Of a stretch of 64,000 nt of DNA, positions 26,897-34,795 are shown one piece after another; positions within the stretch are counted from its first letter, which is position 1, and each line of letters begins with the position of its first letter. The stretch comes from an uncultured bacterium (lineage in GTDB: Bacteria > Oederibacteriota > Oederibacteriia > Oederibacteriales > Oederibacteriaceae): positions 2,510,966-2,574,965 of the forward strand of contig OZ218778.1 in the NCBI GenBank assembly GCA_965112635.1. The letters are read 5' to 3'. A program made the translations under genes and the position numbers. The notes under the pieces are model-generated. The model ran no database searches, had not been told where the DNA came from, and worked only from the letters and a program-made list of their open reading frames with translations.

Positions 26897-27463
26897 CTAC
26901 GGCGAGGAGGAGGATTCCAGCTCCTGAAGCTTATCCCCCACGAGTCCGCCTATCCTGTCCCCGGCCTGGTAAAGGACCACGCTAAAAACGACCAGCACCA
27001 CGGCCAGGATGACGAACGCCCACAGGTGCCTGGACTCATAGCGTTCGATGGTACGGGCAAAGGCGACCAGGCCTATCAAAGCCGCCACGACAATGACGCC
27101 GTCCACGCTGGCCCTCTGCCAGTAGCTTCCGCCCAAATGGAGCCACATCCCGAACTCGTCAAAGGTCAGGGCCAGGGCCACCCCGTAGAGCAGGGCCGTG
27201 ATCTCAGCGGCCCTTCCCGTGGGCCTGCGGAACACGCTGTAGCCGGCCACCAGGGAAAGCAGGAAAATGCCGTAATTGAGGTGGTGCACATGGGTTCCCT
27301 GCGTGAAAAAATACATATTGGGGACCGCTTTGGCCATGATGAGGAAAACCATGATCCTGGCGAGCAAAAAAGTGACGATGAACCCGAACAGGGTCCTGCG
27401 GGCCAAACGGTGGGCTGTTTCGCGGGGCATGGGTTTTTCTAAAAGAGTTTCTTTGGCCGGCAT
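26897..27463 (-). CDS. Hypothetical integral membrane protein
   Basis: A 188-aa product with four or five predicted transmembrane helices and no recognisable motif. Confidence 0.45.
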   Translation of the reverse strand: MPAKETLLEKPMPRETAHRLARRTLFGFIVTFLLARIMVFLIMAKAVPNMYFFTQGTHVHHLNYGIFLLSLVAGYSVFRRPTGRAAEITALLYGVALALTFDEFGMWLHLGGSYWQRASVDGVIVVAALIGLVAFARTIERYESRHLWAFVILAVVLVVFSVVLYQAGDRIGGLVGDKLQELESSSSP

Positions 27464-27544
27464 GTTCCCTCCAAGGTTATTGCAACTTTATGATTTTACC
27501 CTACAAAAACCTTGTTGGGGAGATATTCATGAATGTTTCGGACT

Positions 27545-28678
27545 TCAGCCCTTGAGCTTCAGCGCCGCCATGACCTGGTCCGTGATCTGGTTGATCAGGG
27601 CTTCGGTTTCCGGGGCAGCCGGGCCCGCGGCCTTGCTTTTGCCGCAATTCCCAGGGCAGGCCGAGGTACCGTGCACTTTACAGCAGCCCTTGGCTCCTGC
27701 CTGGCATTCCTTGGGGCAGACCGTGATGCCGCAATTCTCTATAGGAACATCGCACAGGGCGCACTCCTTGCCCGTGAACCGGGGGTCCACGATGCCCAGT
27801 TTTCTCTTTGTTTCAAGGAGGGCCGTGGTCTCGTTGTCCGATATCCGGGTGATGGGCTGTCCCAGCTGGGCGGCCAGCATCAGGGTCCGGCAATAGGTCT
27901 CCACGACCTCCACGCACCATTCCGCGTGGGTGACCGAATCAGCCCAGCAAACCAGGCCGTGGTTTCCCATCAGGATGGTGTTGTGGTCTTTGGCCAGGGG
28001 CACGACCTGGTCAGCCACGCTCTTGGTTCCCGGTGTGCCATAGGGAGAAAAAGCCACCATGCCCACGAATATTTCCGCCTCAGGGATGATGCAGTTAGGC
28101 GGGGTAACCCCGGTAATGGCGTAGGCCGTGGCGTGCGGCGGATGGGCGTGGACACAGGCTTTGGCCTTGGGCTGGGCTTTCATGATCTCCAGATGCAGGA
28201 TGATCTCGCTGGTGCTTTTGTTGTGGCCGGCCACCTGTTTGCCGTCCTCCAGCCTGACCATGCAGATGTCTTCCACGGTCAGGTCATTCTTGCTGACCAG
28301 GGTGGGAGTGCACAGCACGTACTGGTCCGAGATGCGGTAGGAAATATTGCCGCCGTTGCCGTCCACAAAATCCCGCTGCCATAATTTCCTGCCGGTCTGC
28401 ACCATTTCTTTTTTGATGGCCATGGCTTCACTGGAATTGAACAGCGACTCAATGGAGCCGAAATAGGCCTTGGGGCCTGCCGGGGTGGCCAGGACCGGCC
28501 TCATGATAACGACCGCGGTCCTTTTGACCGTGATCCCATGGCCCACCACGATATCCTTGGCCGTGGAGGTCACCACCGCGTCGCTGGACAAGACGATCTC
28601 CCCTGCTCCGGCGTTGACCGCCGCTTCCAGGTCCCTGCCCGTGATCACCGCTTTTCCCTGCAGGTCCATGCTGTTCAT
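27545..28678 (-). CDS. Class II aldolase (fuculose/rhamnulose-1-phosphate aldolase family) with an N-terminal extension, a Cys-rich C-terminal segment and a C-terminal amphipathic helix resembling a BMC encapsulation peptide
   Basis: The aldolase_II core carries the metal-binding His pattern (HAHPPHATAY...MGNHGLV). The C-terminal CALCDVPIENCGITVCPKECQAGAKGCCKVHGTSACPGNCGKS is followed by the amphipathic ETEALINQITDQVMAALKLKG. It is the first gene of the BMC operon. Confidence 0.85.
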   Translation of the reverse strand: MNSMDLQGKAVITGRDLEAAVNAGAGEIVLSSDAVVTSTAKDIVVGHGITVKRTAVVIMRPVLATPAGPKAYFGSIESLFNSSEAMAIKKEMVQTGRKLWQRDFVDGNGGNISYRISDQYVLCTPTLVSKNDLTVEDICMVRLEDGKQVAGHNKSTSEIILHLEIMKAQPKAKACVHAHPPHATAYAITGVTPPNCIIPEAEIFVGMVAFSPYGTPGTKSVADQVVPLAKDHNTILMGNHGLVCWADSVTHAEWCVEVVETYCRTLMLAAQLGQPITRISDNETTALLETKRKLGIVDPRFTGKECALCDVPIENCGITVCPKECQAGAKGCCKVHGTSACPGNCGKSKAAGPAAPETEALINQITDQVMAALKLKG

Positions 28679-28696
28679 TTTCTCCTCACCCCTTTT

Positions 28697-29005
28697 TTAA
28701 TTAGTTTTTGGGCCGTCGATCGGCCTGTAATCGATCTGTTCCACGATCAAACCGCAATAAATATCCACCGCTACATTCCTCGGATAATAGGCGTTGGTGC
28801 CTTCCCGGCCTTCCACATAACCAACCGTCTGTCCCACGGCCGGGTTGAGATGGGTGGCCACCACGACCTGGCGGCCCGTGGCCGCGCCCTTTTTGCTCCG
28901 TAGATCTTCCCGGGTCAGCGTGTCCACGATCAGGAAATGCGTATCCGTAAGCTCCGGGATGAGCTTGTGGTTCACGACTTTGCCTCTCACGATGCCTAAG
29001 TTCAT
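28697..29005 (-). CDS. BMC vertex protein (BMC-P, EutN/CcmL/PduN family)
   Basis: A 102-aa EutN/CcmL-like protein (MNLGIVRGKVV...). It overlaps the upstream BMC-P gene by 4 nt. Confidence 0.85.
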   Translation of the reverse strand: MNLGIVRGKVVNHKLIPELTDTHFLIVDTLTREDLRSKKGAATGRQVVVATHLNPAVGQTVGYVEGREGTNAYYPRNVAVDIYCGLIVEQIDYRPIDGPKTN

Positions 29006-29268
29006 CGGCTCACCTCGTCCACGATGCCTATGACCACCAGGCGGCTCGGCGTGCTCTTGTCGTTGGTCACACGGCGGGCATGGTCCCCGTCCGTGGAAAC
29101 CATCACCAGGGAGCCGTATCCGGCCCCGATATTGTCCATGATGATCTGCGGGTCGCCCTCGGGCTGGTAGTCCGCGTTGACCCTCTGGCCTATTAAAAGC
29201 CTCTGGTTTTGGAAGCTTTTGTGCTTGGCCGTGGAGGTCAAAGTGCCTTCAATTCTGGCTAAGAACAT
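29002..29268 (-). CDS. BMC vertex protein (BMC-P, EutN/CcmL family)
   Basis: An 88-aa product (MFLARIEGTLTST...GSLVMVSTDGDHARRV..VVIGIVDEV) with a typical EutN-fold sequence. Confidence 0.85.
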   Translation of the reverse strand: MFLARIEGTLTSTAKHKSFQNQRLLIGQRVNADYQPEGDPQIIMDNIGAGYGSLVMVSTDGDHARRVTNDKSTPSRLVVIGIVDEVSR

Positions 29269-29279
29269 TGGTTGCTCTC

Positions 29280-30749
29280 CTAGGTAAAATTCAAATTGCC
29301 GCCGATGACCAGCTGGCGCTGTCTCGTAAAGGTCAGCGGGGTGGTCACTCCCTCGCCGGTCGGAGTGGCAATGCTGTAGCTCAGGTATCCCGGCCCGTCC
29401 AGCCCCAGGCTGGCCGCGCAGTTGGCGTTCTGCACAAAGAGCGTGGTGTTCATGGCCCTGGCCATCCTGCTCACATTGTTGATGTTATTGGAATGGATGA
29501 GCGCGGTATGCTTATAGCCATGCTCGGCCTTGACCGCCGCCCGTATGGCCTCGTCGATATTGGGCACCCTGACAATGGGAACAAAGGGCATCATCTGCTC
29601 TTCCTGGACGAACGGATGGTCCTCGTCGGTCTCGCCGAATAAAAGGTCCACCTGGCCGCTCAATTTGAGGCCGGCCGCCTCCGCCAGGAAACTGGTGTCC
29701 CGGCCAATGAATTCGCGCTGGACATGGGCCTGGGCGCAGCCGGCGCCCTTGTCTTTTTCCATGGTAAAAGCCTTCTGGGTGAGCTTGGCGATCTGCTCCT
29801 GGTTGAGCTCCACGGCTCCTGCCCTTTTCATGGCCGCGATAAAGGCGTCCGCCACGCTCTGCAGGACGAACACCTCTTTTTCCCCGATGCAGAGCAGGTT
29901 GTTGTCAAAAGAAGCGCCCTTGATGATGTCCTGGGCCGCTTTGTCCAGGTTGGCGGTCTCGTCCACTACGACCGGCGGATTGCCCGGCCCGGCGGCGATG
30001 ACCCTCTTGCCCGCTTTCATGGCCGACCTCACCACAGCCGGCCCGCCCGTTACGCAGAGGAGGGCGATGTCCTTGTGGTGAAAAAGCTCCACAGCCGACT
30101 CGATGGACGGTTTTTCCACGGTGCAGATCACGTTCTCCACGCCGGTCTTCCGGACGATCTCCCGGTTTATGGACCGCAGGGCGTGCACAAAGCATTTGCT
30201 GGCCAAAGGATGGGGGCTAAAAACGGCTGTGTTGCCCGCGGCAAGGATATTGATGGCGTTGCCGGCCATGGTCGGAACCGAATGCGTGGCCGGGGTGACC
30301 ATGCCGATGACCCCAAAAGGCGCGTAAGCGGTCAGGCTCACGCCGGTGTGGTCGCTGCGGGCCCCTGTCCTCAGGGCCTCCACGCCGACCACCTTTTTGA
30401 CAAGTTTTAGCTTCTCTATTTTATGGTCCATCCTGCCGATCTTGGACTCTTCGAACTCCATCCTGCCCCAGTTTTCCGCCTGCTGTTCGCACATCTCGCG
30501 GATGACCTTGATCATGACATCCCGCTCGTCCAGGGTCATTTGCTTGACCTTTTGCTGGGCGGCCAAGGCCGCGGCCACCGCTTCGTCCATGGTGGAAAAC
30601 ACTCCGTCCGAGCCGCCTGTGCCGCCCCGAGGAGCCGCGGTCCTTACGGGGGCTGTATCTTCTTTTAAATGGGGCTGCAAACGCCGGACCACTTCCTGCA
30701 CAATGGCGGAAACGTCCACATCCTTGCCCTGTATCGTGACTGTAGCCAT
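29280..30749 (-). CDS. CoA-acylating aldehyde dehydrogenase (PduP/EutE-like) with an N-terminal encapsulation-peptide-like helix
   Basis: A 489-aa ALDH-superfamily protein with catalytic Cys in DNNLLCIGEKE. The N-terminal VDVSAIVQEVVRRL is an amphipathic helix separated from the core by a Gly/Pro-rich linker. Confidence 0.9.
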   Translation of the reverse strand: MATVTIQGKDVDVSAIVQEVVRRLQPHLKEDTAPVRTAAPRGGTGGSDGVFSTMDEAVAAALAAQQKVKQMTLDERDVMIKVIREMCEQQAENWGRMEFEESKIGRMDHKIEKLKLVKKVVGVEALRTGARSDHTGVSLTAYAPFGVIGMVTPATHSVPTMAGNAINILAAGNTAVFSPHPLASKCFVHALRSINREIVRKTGVENVICTVEKPSIESAVELFHHKDIALLCVTGGPAVVRSAMKAGKRVIAAGPGNPPVVVDETANLDKAAQDIIKGASFDNNLLCIGEKEVFVLQSVADAFIAAMKRAGAVELNQEQIAKLTQKAFTMEKDKGAGCAQAHVQREFIGRDTSFLAEAAGLKLSGQVDLLFGETDEDHPFVQEEQMMPFVPIVRVPNIDEAIRAAVKAEHGYKHTALIHSNNINNVSRMARAMNTTLFVQNANCAASLGLDGPGYLSYSIATPTGEGVTTPLTFTRQRQLVIGGNLNFT

Positions 30750-30765
30750 AAGAAGTTCTCCTTTT

Positions 30766-31062
30766 TTACGGCTTGTTGACTAACTTGCCTTCGACCTCGA
30801 TGGAATCCACGATGCCGATGATGACCGTGTCCACCGGCGCGTCCTTGGTGGCGTCCGTGAACCGGGCCGAACTGCCCTGGGTGAACATCACGAACTCTCC
30901 CTTGCCCGCTCCCACGCTGTCCACGGCCACGAAGGTGTTGCCCGTCGGAGCCCACTTGCCTTCCTTGGTGATGAAAGGCTGCACGTAGAGCAGTTTCATG
31001 CCCTGGCATTTTTGGTTCTTTTGGGACGACACCACTTGTCCGATAACTTTGCCTAATAACAT
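30766..31062 (-). CDS. BMC vertex protein (BMC-P, EutN/CcmL family)
   Basis: A 98-aa product (MLLGKVIGQVVSSQK...VIIGIVDSIEV). This is the third pentamer paralogue. Confidence 0.85.
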   Translation of the reverse strand: MLLGKVIGQVVSSQKNQKCQGMKLLYVQPFITKEGKWAPTGNTFVAVDSVGAGKGEFVMFTQGSSARFTDATKDAPVDTVIIGIVDSIEVEGKLVNKP

Positions 31063-31125
31063 GGTTGGCTCTCTTTCCCGCGCCGGTCGCTCAACACGGA
31101 CCGGCCTCGATTTTTGAAAAAAGGG

Positions 31126-31395
31126 TTACGGCAGTACTATTCCCAGGCTGTCATGCGGCCGGGGAATGACCTGGACGCTGACGACCTGTCCGGCTTCCTT
31201 GGCGGCCACCGCTCCGGCGTCCACCGCGGCCTTGACCGCGGCCACCTCTCCCACCACGAAGCAGGTGCAGAACCCGCTGCCTACTTTTTTCCACCCTTTG
31301 AACTGGACGTTGGCCGACTTGAGCATGGCGTCCGTTGCCAAAACCAGAGGCGTCAGGCCCTTGGTCTCGATCATTCCTATCGCTTGCTGTGCCAT
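31126..31395 (-). CDS. BMC-H hexameric shell protein (PduA/EutM-like)
   Basis: An 89-aa product with IGMIETKGLTPLVLATDAMLKSANV, a canonical BMC domain. Confidence 0.9.
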   Translation of the reverse strand: MAQQAIGMIETKGLTPLVLATDAMLKSANVQFKGWKKVGSGFCTCFVVGEVAAVKAAVDAGAVAAKEAGQVVSVQVIPRPHDSLGIVLP

Positions 31396-31426
31396 TTGCC
31401 TATCTCCTTTCCCCTTTTAGGGATAT

Positions 31427-32575
31427 TTAATTTTTATTCCCGATGACCTGGGCTGCGGCCCTGGCCACGACGATCTCTTCGTTCGTTTTAATGACCCACA
31501 CGGCGACCTGGGAATCCTCGCTGGAAATCCTGGTCTCCTGGTCGCCCAGGGCCTGTTCATTCCTGCTTGGGTCCAGCTTGACCCCGGCCCACTCCAGGTT
31601 GCTCAGCACGTTCTTGCGGACAAGGGGGTCCTTTTCTCCGATCCCCCCCGAAAAGGTGATGATATCCACCCCGTTGAGGCACACAAAAAAAGACCCCAGA
31701 TACCGGCGCACCCCGTAGGTAAAGGCATCAATAGCCAGTTGGGCCTGGGAGTCCCCGGCCCCTGCCGCTTTTTTGATGTCCCGCATGTCCCCGCCCTTCC
31801 CGCTCAAGCCGGCCAGGCCGGATTCTTTGGACAGGATGAGGGTGGTCTGTTCGATGGTCAAACCGAGCTCTTTCATCAAATAAAGGATGGCAAAAACATC
31901 CACGTCGCCGACCCGGTTGTTCTGCGGCAGGCCGCTCTGCGGGGTCATGCCAAAACTGGTGTCCACGGCCACCCCGTCCTTGACGGCGGCCATGCTGGAA
32001 CTGCCTCCCAGATGGCAGGAAATATGCCGCAGGTCCTTTTTATCGCAAAGAGCCTTGGCCCGCAAAGAAGCGTAGTGGTGGCTGGCCCCGTGGAATCCGA
32101 GCTTTTTAATATGCTGTTCTGTCCTCCATTTATAAGGCAGGGCGTAGGCCGACACGCAATCCGCCATGGAATCGAAAAAGGCGGTCTCGAAAAGGGCCAC
32201 CAGAGGAACTTTGGGGGCCACCTGCTGGAAAGCCCTCATGGCCGCGATGTAGGGAGGGTTATGGGCCGGGAAAAGGAAATTGTAGCTTTCCATGGCGTTT
32301 AAAAGCCTCTCGTCTACCCGGTGGCAGCCGCTCATGTCCTTGGCCCCGATGGTCTTGAAACCCACTCCGCTGAGTTCGGACAGGGACTGCAGGGGTTTGC
32401 CCGGTCCCACCATTTCCTTGAGGGAAGCGTCGATGGCGTCCTCGTAATGCAGGAATTGTCCGCCCTGCTGGCCTATCCGCTCGACTCTGCCTTCGCTCAG
32501 CACGGTCTCGGTTTCCATCTCATAGAGCCTGTATTTGAATGAGGTGCTGCCAATGTTGGCCACCAATATTTTCAC
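31427..32575 (-). CDS. ackA: Acetate/propionate kinase (AckA family)
   Basis: A 382-aa product with the N-terminal MKILVANIGSTSFKYRLYE, the acetate-kinase phosphate-binding start. It is embedded between shell genes. Confidence 0.85.
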   Translation of the reverse strand: MKILVANIGSTSFKYRLYEMETETVLSEGRVERIGQQGGQFLHYEDAIDASLKEMVGPGKPLQSLSELSGVGFKTIGAKDMSGCHRVDERLLNAMESYNFLFPAHNPPYIAAMRAFQQVAPKVPLVALFETAFFDSMADCVSAYALPYKWRTEQHIKKLGFHGASHHYASLRAKALCDKKDLRHISCHLGGSSSMAAVKDGVAVDTSFGMTPQSGLPQNNRVGDVDVFAILYLMKELGLTIEQTTLILSKESGLAGLSGKGGDMRDIKKAAGAGDSQAQLAIDAFTYGVRRYLGSFFVCLNGVDIITFSGGIGEKDPLVRKNVLSNLEWAGVKLDPSRNEQALGDQETRISSEDSQVAVWVIKTNEEIVVARAAAQVIGNKN

Positions 32576-32596
32576 TGCGTATTGCTCCTTGAACGG

Positions 32597-32872
32597 TTAT
32601 TTTAAAAACCCTTCCTCAATGCACTCGTGGGGCTGGGAAATCACGTGGTAGGCCGCCAACTCGCCGTTGACCGCCTTGACCGCCGCGATACCGGCATCCA
32701 CGGCCGCTCTGACGCTGCCCACATCGCCTTTGACGATGGTGGTCACCAGTCCGCCGCCGATCTGGATATTGTGCAAAAGCTCCACCTTGGCCGCCTTGCA
32801 CATGGCGTCGCTGGCGTTGACCAGGCCTGCCAGGCCTCTGGTCTCTATCATTCCGATCGCTTCGTTCATCAA
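32597..32872 (-). CDS. BMC-H hexameric shell protein
   Basis: A 91-aa product with IGMIETRGLAGLVNASDAMCKAAKV. Confidence 0.9.
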   Translation of the reverse strand: MMNEAIGMIETRGLAGLVNASDAMCKAAKVELLHNIQIGGGLVTTIVKGDVGSVRAAVDAGIAAVKAVNGELAAYHVISQPHECIEEGFLK

Positions 32873-32894
32873 AGTGTCTCCTTTTTAAAAGTTA

Positions 32895-33182
32895 TTATTT
32901 GCCTTTCTTGTTCCCCGGCTCCGCATAGTTGGACAACTCTTCGTGCGGGTGAGGGATCACCTGGGCGCTGACCACCTTGCCCAGCTTGGCCGCGGCTTCC
33001 GCGCCGGCGTCCACCGCCGCTTTGACCGCTGCCACATCGCCTTCAACAAAAGCGGTCACCAGGCCTGAACCGGCCGGCTCCCACTTAAGGAAGTTCACGT
33101 TGGCCGCCTTGCACATGGCGTCCACGGCTTCGATCAGCGGAACCATGCCCACGGTCTCGATCATTCCTAGAGCGTTCTTCAT
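32895..33182 (-). CDS. BMC-H hexameric shell protein
   Basis: A 95-aa product with LGMIETVGMVPLIEAVDAMCKAANV. Confidence 0.9.
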   Translation of the reverse strand: MKNALGMIETVGMVPLIEAVDAMCKAANVNFLKWEPAGSGLVTAFVEGDVAAVKAAVDAGAEAAAKLGKVVSAQVIPHPHEELSNYAEPGNKKGK

Positions 33183-33241
33183 TGGGTCATCTCCTTTCTT
33201 TTAGAATCGTGTCCGATCATGGAACAAAAACCCTCTCAACA

Positions 33242-33919
33242 TTATTTAAATAGTTCGACGTTCTTGGCGCGGTGCAAGCCGCAGGCATTCGCTTCATCCG
33301 TGTCCAGATGGACTTCCAATTTTGATTTGGGCTCCACCCTCACGTGGACCTTGTCGAAAACGACCTCAGTGTCGCCGGTGGAGACCCGCAGTTTCATGAT
33401 GTCCTTGTGCTTGACCCCGTAGTATTCCGCATCAGACGGGCTCATGTGCCCGTGAATAGCCGCGCGGACCACGCCTTCTTTAAGTTCCAGCAGACCTGCC
33501 GGCCCCATCACATACGCGCCCGGTGTTCCTTTTATATCCCCCGAGATGCGCACTGGCACATTCTCGATACCCAGGGTGATGGCGTCGGTGTAGGCCAGTT
33601 CGATCTGGGTGTAATTCCGCAGGGGTCCGAGGATACGCATATTGGAGATGAGGCGGCTCTTGGGCCCGATAAGGGTCACGGTCTCTTTGGCCGCGTAAAA
33701 ACCATCCTGGTAAAGGTCTTTAAAAGGGGTGAGTTTGGCGCCTGGCCCGAATAGGATTTCCAAGTCGGATTGCTTGAGGTGCATGTGCCGGGCTGAGGCG
33801 TTGACCACCAGGGGCGACGGCTTGCCTTTCCCTGGGGCTGGGGTACTTTTAGAAGCTGTTTGTTCCAATAGAACTTGCCGGACTACATCGGCAACCATGG
33901 ACCTGGTCAAGTTGGCCAT
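33242..33919 (-). CDS. pduL: Phosphotransacylase PduL (PTAC) with an N-terminal encapsulation-peptide-like helix
   Basis: A 225-aa product with PduL-like duplicated segments (ARHMHLKQSDLEILFGPG...; AAIHGHMSPSDAEYYGV). The N-terminal MVADVVRQVLLEQ is an amphipathic helix. Confidence 0.85.
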   Translation of the reverse strand: MANLTRSMVADVVRQVLLEQTASKSTPAPGKGKPSPLVVNASARHMHLKQSDLEILFGPGAKLTPFKDLYQDGFYAAKETVTLIGPKSRLISNMRILGPLRNYTQIELAYTDAITLGIENVPVRISGDIKGTPGAYVMGPAGLLELKEGVVRAAIHGHMSPSDAEYYGVKHKDIMKLRVSTGDTEVVFDKVHVRVEPKSKLEVHLDTDEANACGLHRAKNVELFK

Positions 33920-34030
33920 AAAACAACCTCCTTATTAAACTGGCCAAAGTATACTTCCACAATCGGTCAAAGTCAATCAAAATAATTCAATATCTTCCAT
34001 AATTGTTCAAAATGTGCTATACTCCTTGAT
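33920..34030. promoter_or_regulatory. Divergent intergenic region between pduL (minus) and deoR (plus). It is AT-rich and contains a TGnTATACT extended -10-like element at 34015-34023.
   Basis: 111 nt at about 30% GC in a 58%-GC genome. The TG-c-TATACT is read directly. I could not identify a convincing -35 element or operator. Confidence 0.3.
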
Positions 34031-34786
34031 ATGAAGGCAGCATTGCGTCAATTGAAAATAGAGGAATCTTTCAAGCAGACGGAGTTTATCGATTCTGAGA
34101 CCCTGTGCAAGAAGTTCCAAGCCTCAGAATCGACCATCCGCAGGGACCTTTCTGAACTGGAAAAAAAGGGGCTTATCCGGAGGGTCCATGGCGGTGCTTT
34201 GTCGCTTCACCTGCAGGATGACCATATGGATTTCGCCTATAGGAGCGCCCAGTCCTCCCAGGAAAAGCGCCGCATCGGCCAGGCAGCCGCGACTTTGGTC
34301 AAGGAAGGCACGACCATCATCTTGGACGGCGGTTCCACGGTGGCCGAGGTGGCCCGTCACCTGAATGGCAGGACGCTGCAGGTCATCACCAACTCCATTC
34401 CCATTGCCGAGATCTTCCACGACTCGCAAACCGTGGATGTTTCCCTGACCGGCGGATATCTCTATCCCCGTTCGGGCGTCCTGATGGGCCATTTTTGCGA
34501 GCAGATCCTGTCCATGATCAAAGCCAACACGGTCATTATGGGAATCGGAGGGATCAGCGAGAACGGGTTGAGCAACTCCAACTCGCTTATCGTGGGACAG
34601 GAAAAGAAAATGATCGAAGTCTCCAACCGGGTCATCATCGTGGCCGACCATACCAAGTTCGGCCACGACTCCACGATCTTTTTGGCTCCCCTGGAAAGGG
34701 CCAACGTCGTGGTCACGGATACCCTGGTGGACCCAAAATACGTCACCCTGCTGAAATCCCGCGGGGTCAATGTCTTAGTGGTGTAA
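34031..34786 (+). CDS. DeoR-family transcriptional regulator
   Basis: N-terminal HTH (ETLCKKFQASESTIRRDLSELEKKGLIRRVHGGA) and a C-terminal DeoR sugar-phosphate-binding domain. It is divergent from the BMC operon. Confidence 0.85.
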   Translation: MKAALRQLKIEESFKQTEFIDSETLCKKFQASESTIRRDLSELEKKGLIRRVHGGALSLHLQDDHMDFAYRSAQSSQEKRRIGQAAATLVKEGTTIILDGGSTVAEVARHLNGRTLQVITNSIPIAEIFHDSQTVDVSLTGGYLYPRSGVLMGHFCEQILSMIKANTVIMGIGGISENGLSNSNSLIVGQEKKMIEVSNRVIIVADHTKFGHDSTIFLAPLERANVVVTDTLVDPKYVTLLKSRGVNVLVV

Positions 34787-34795
34787 AGGAAGGTC

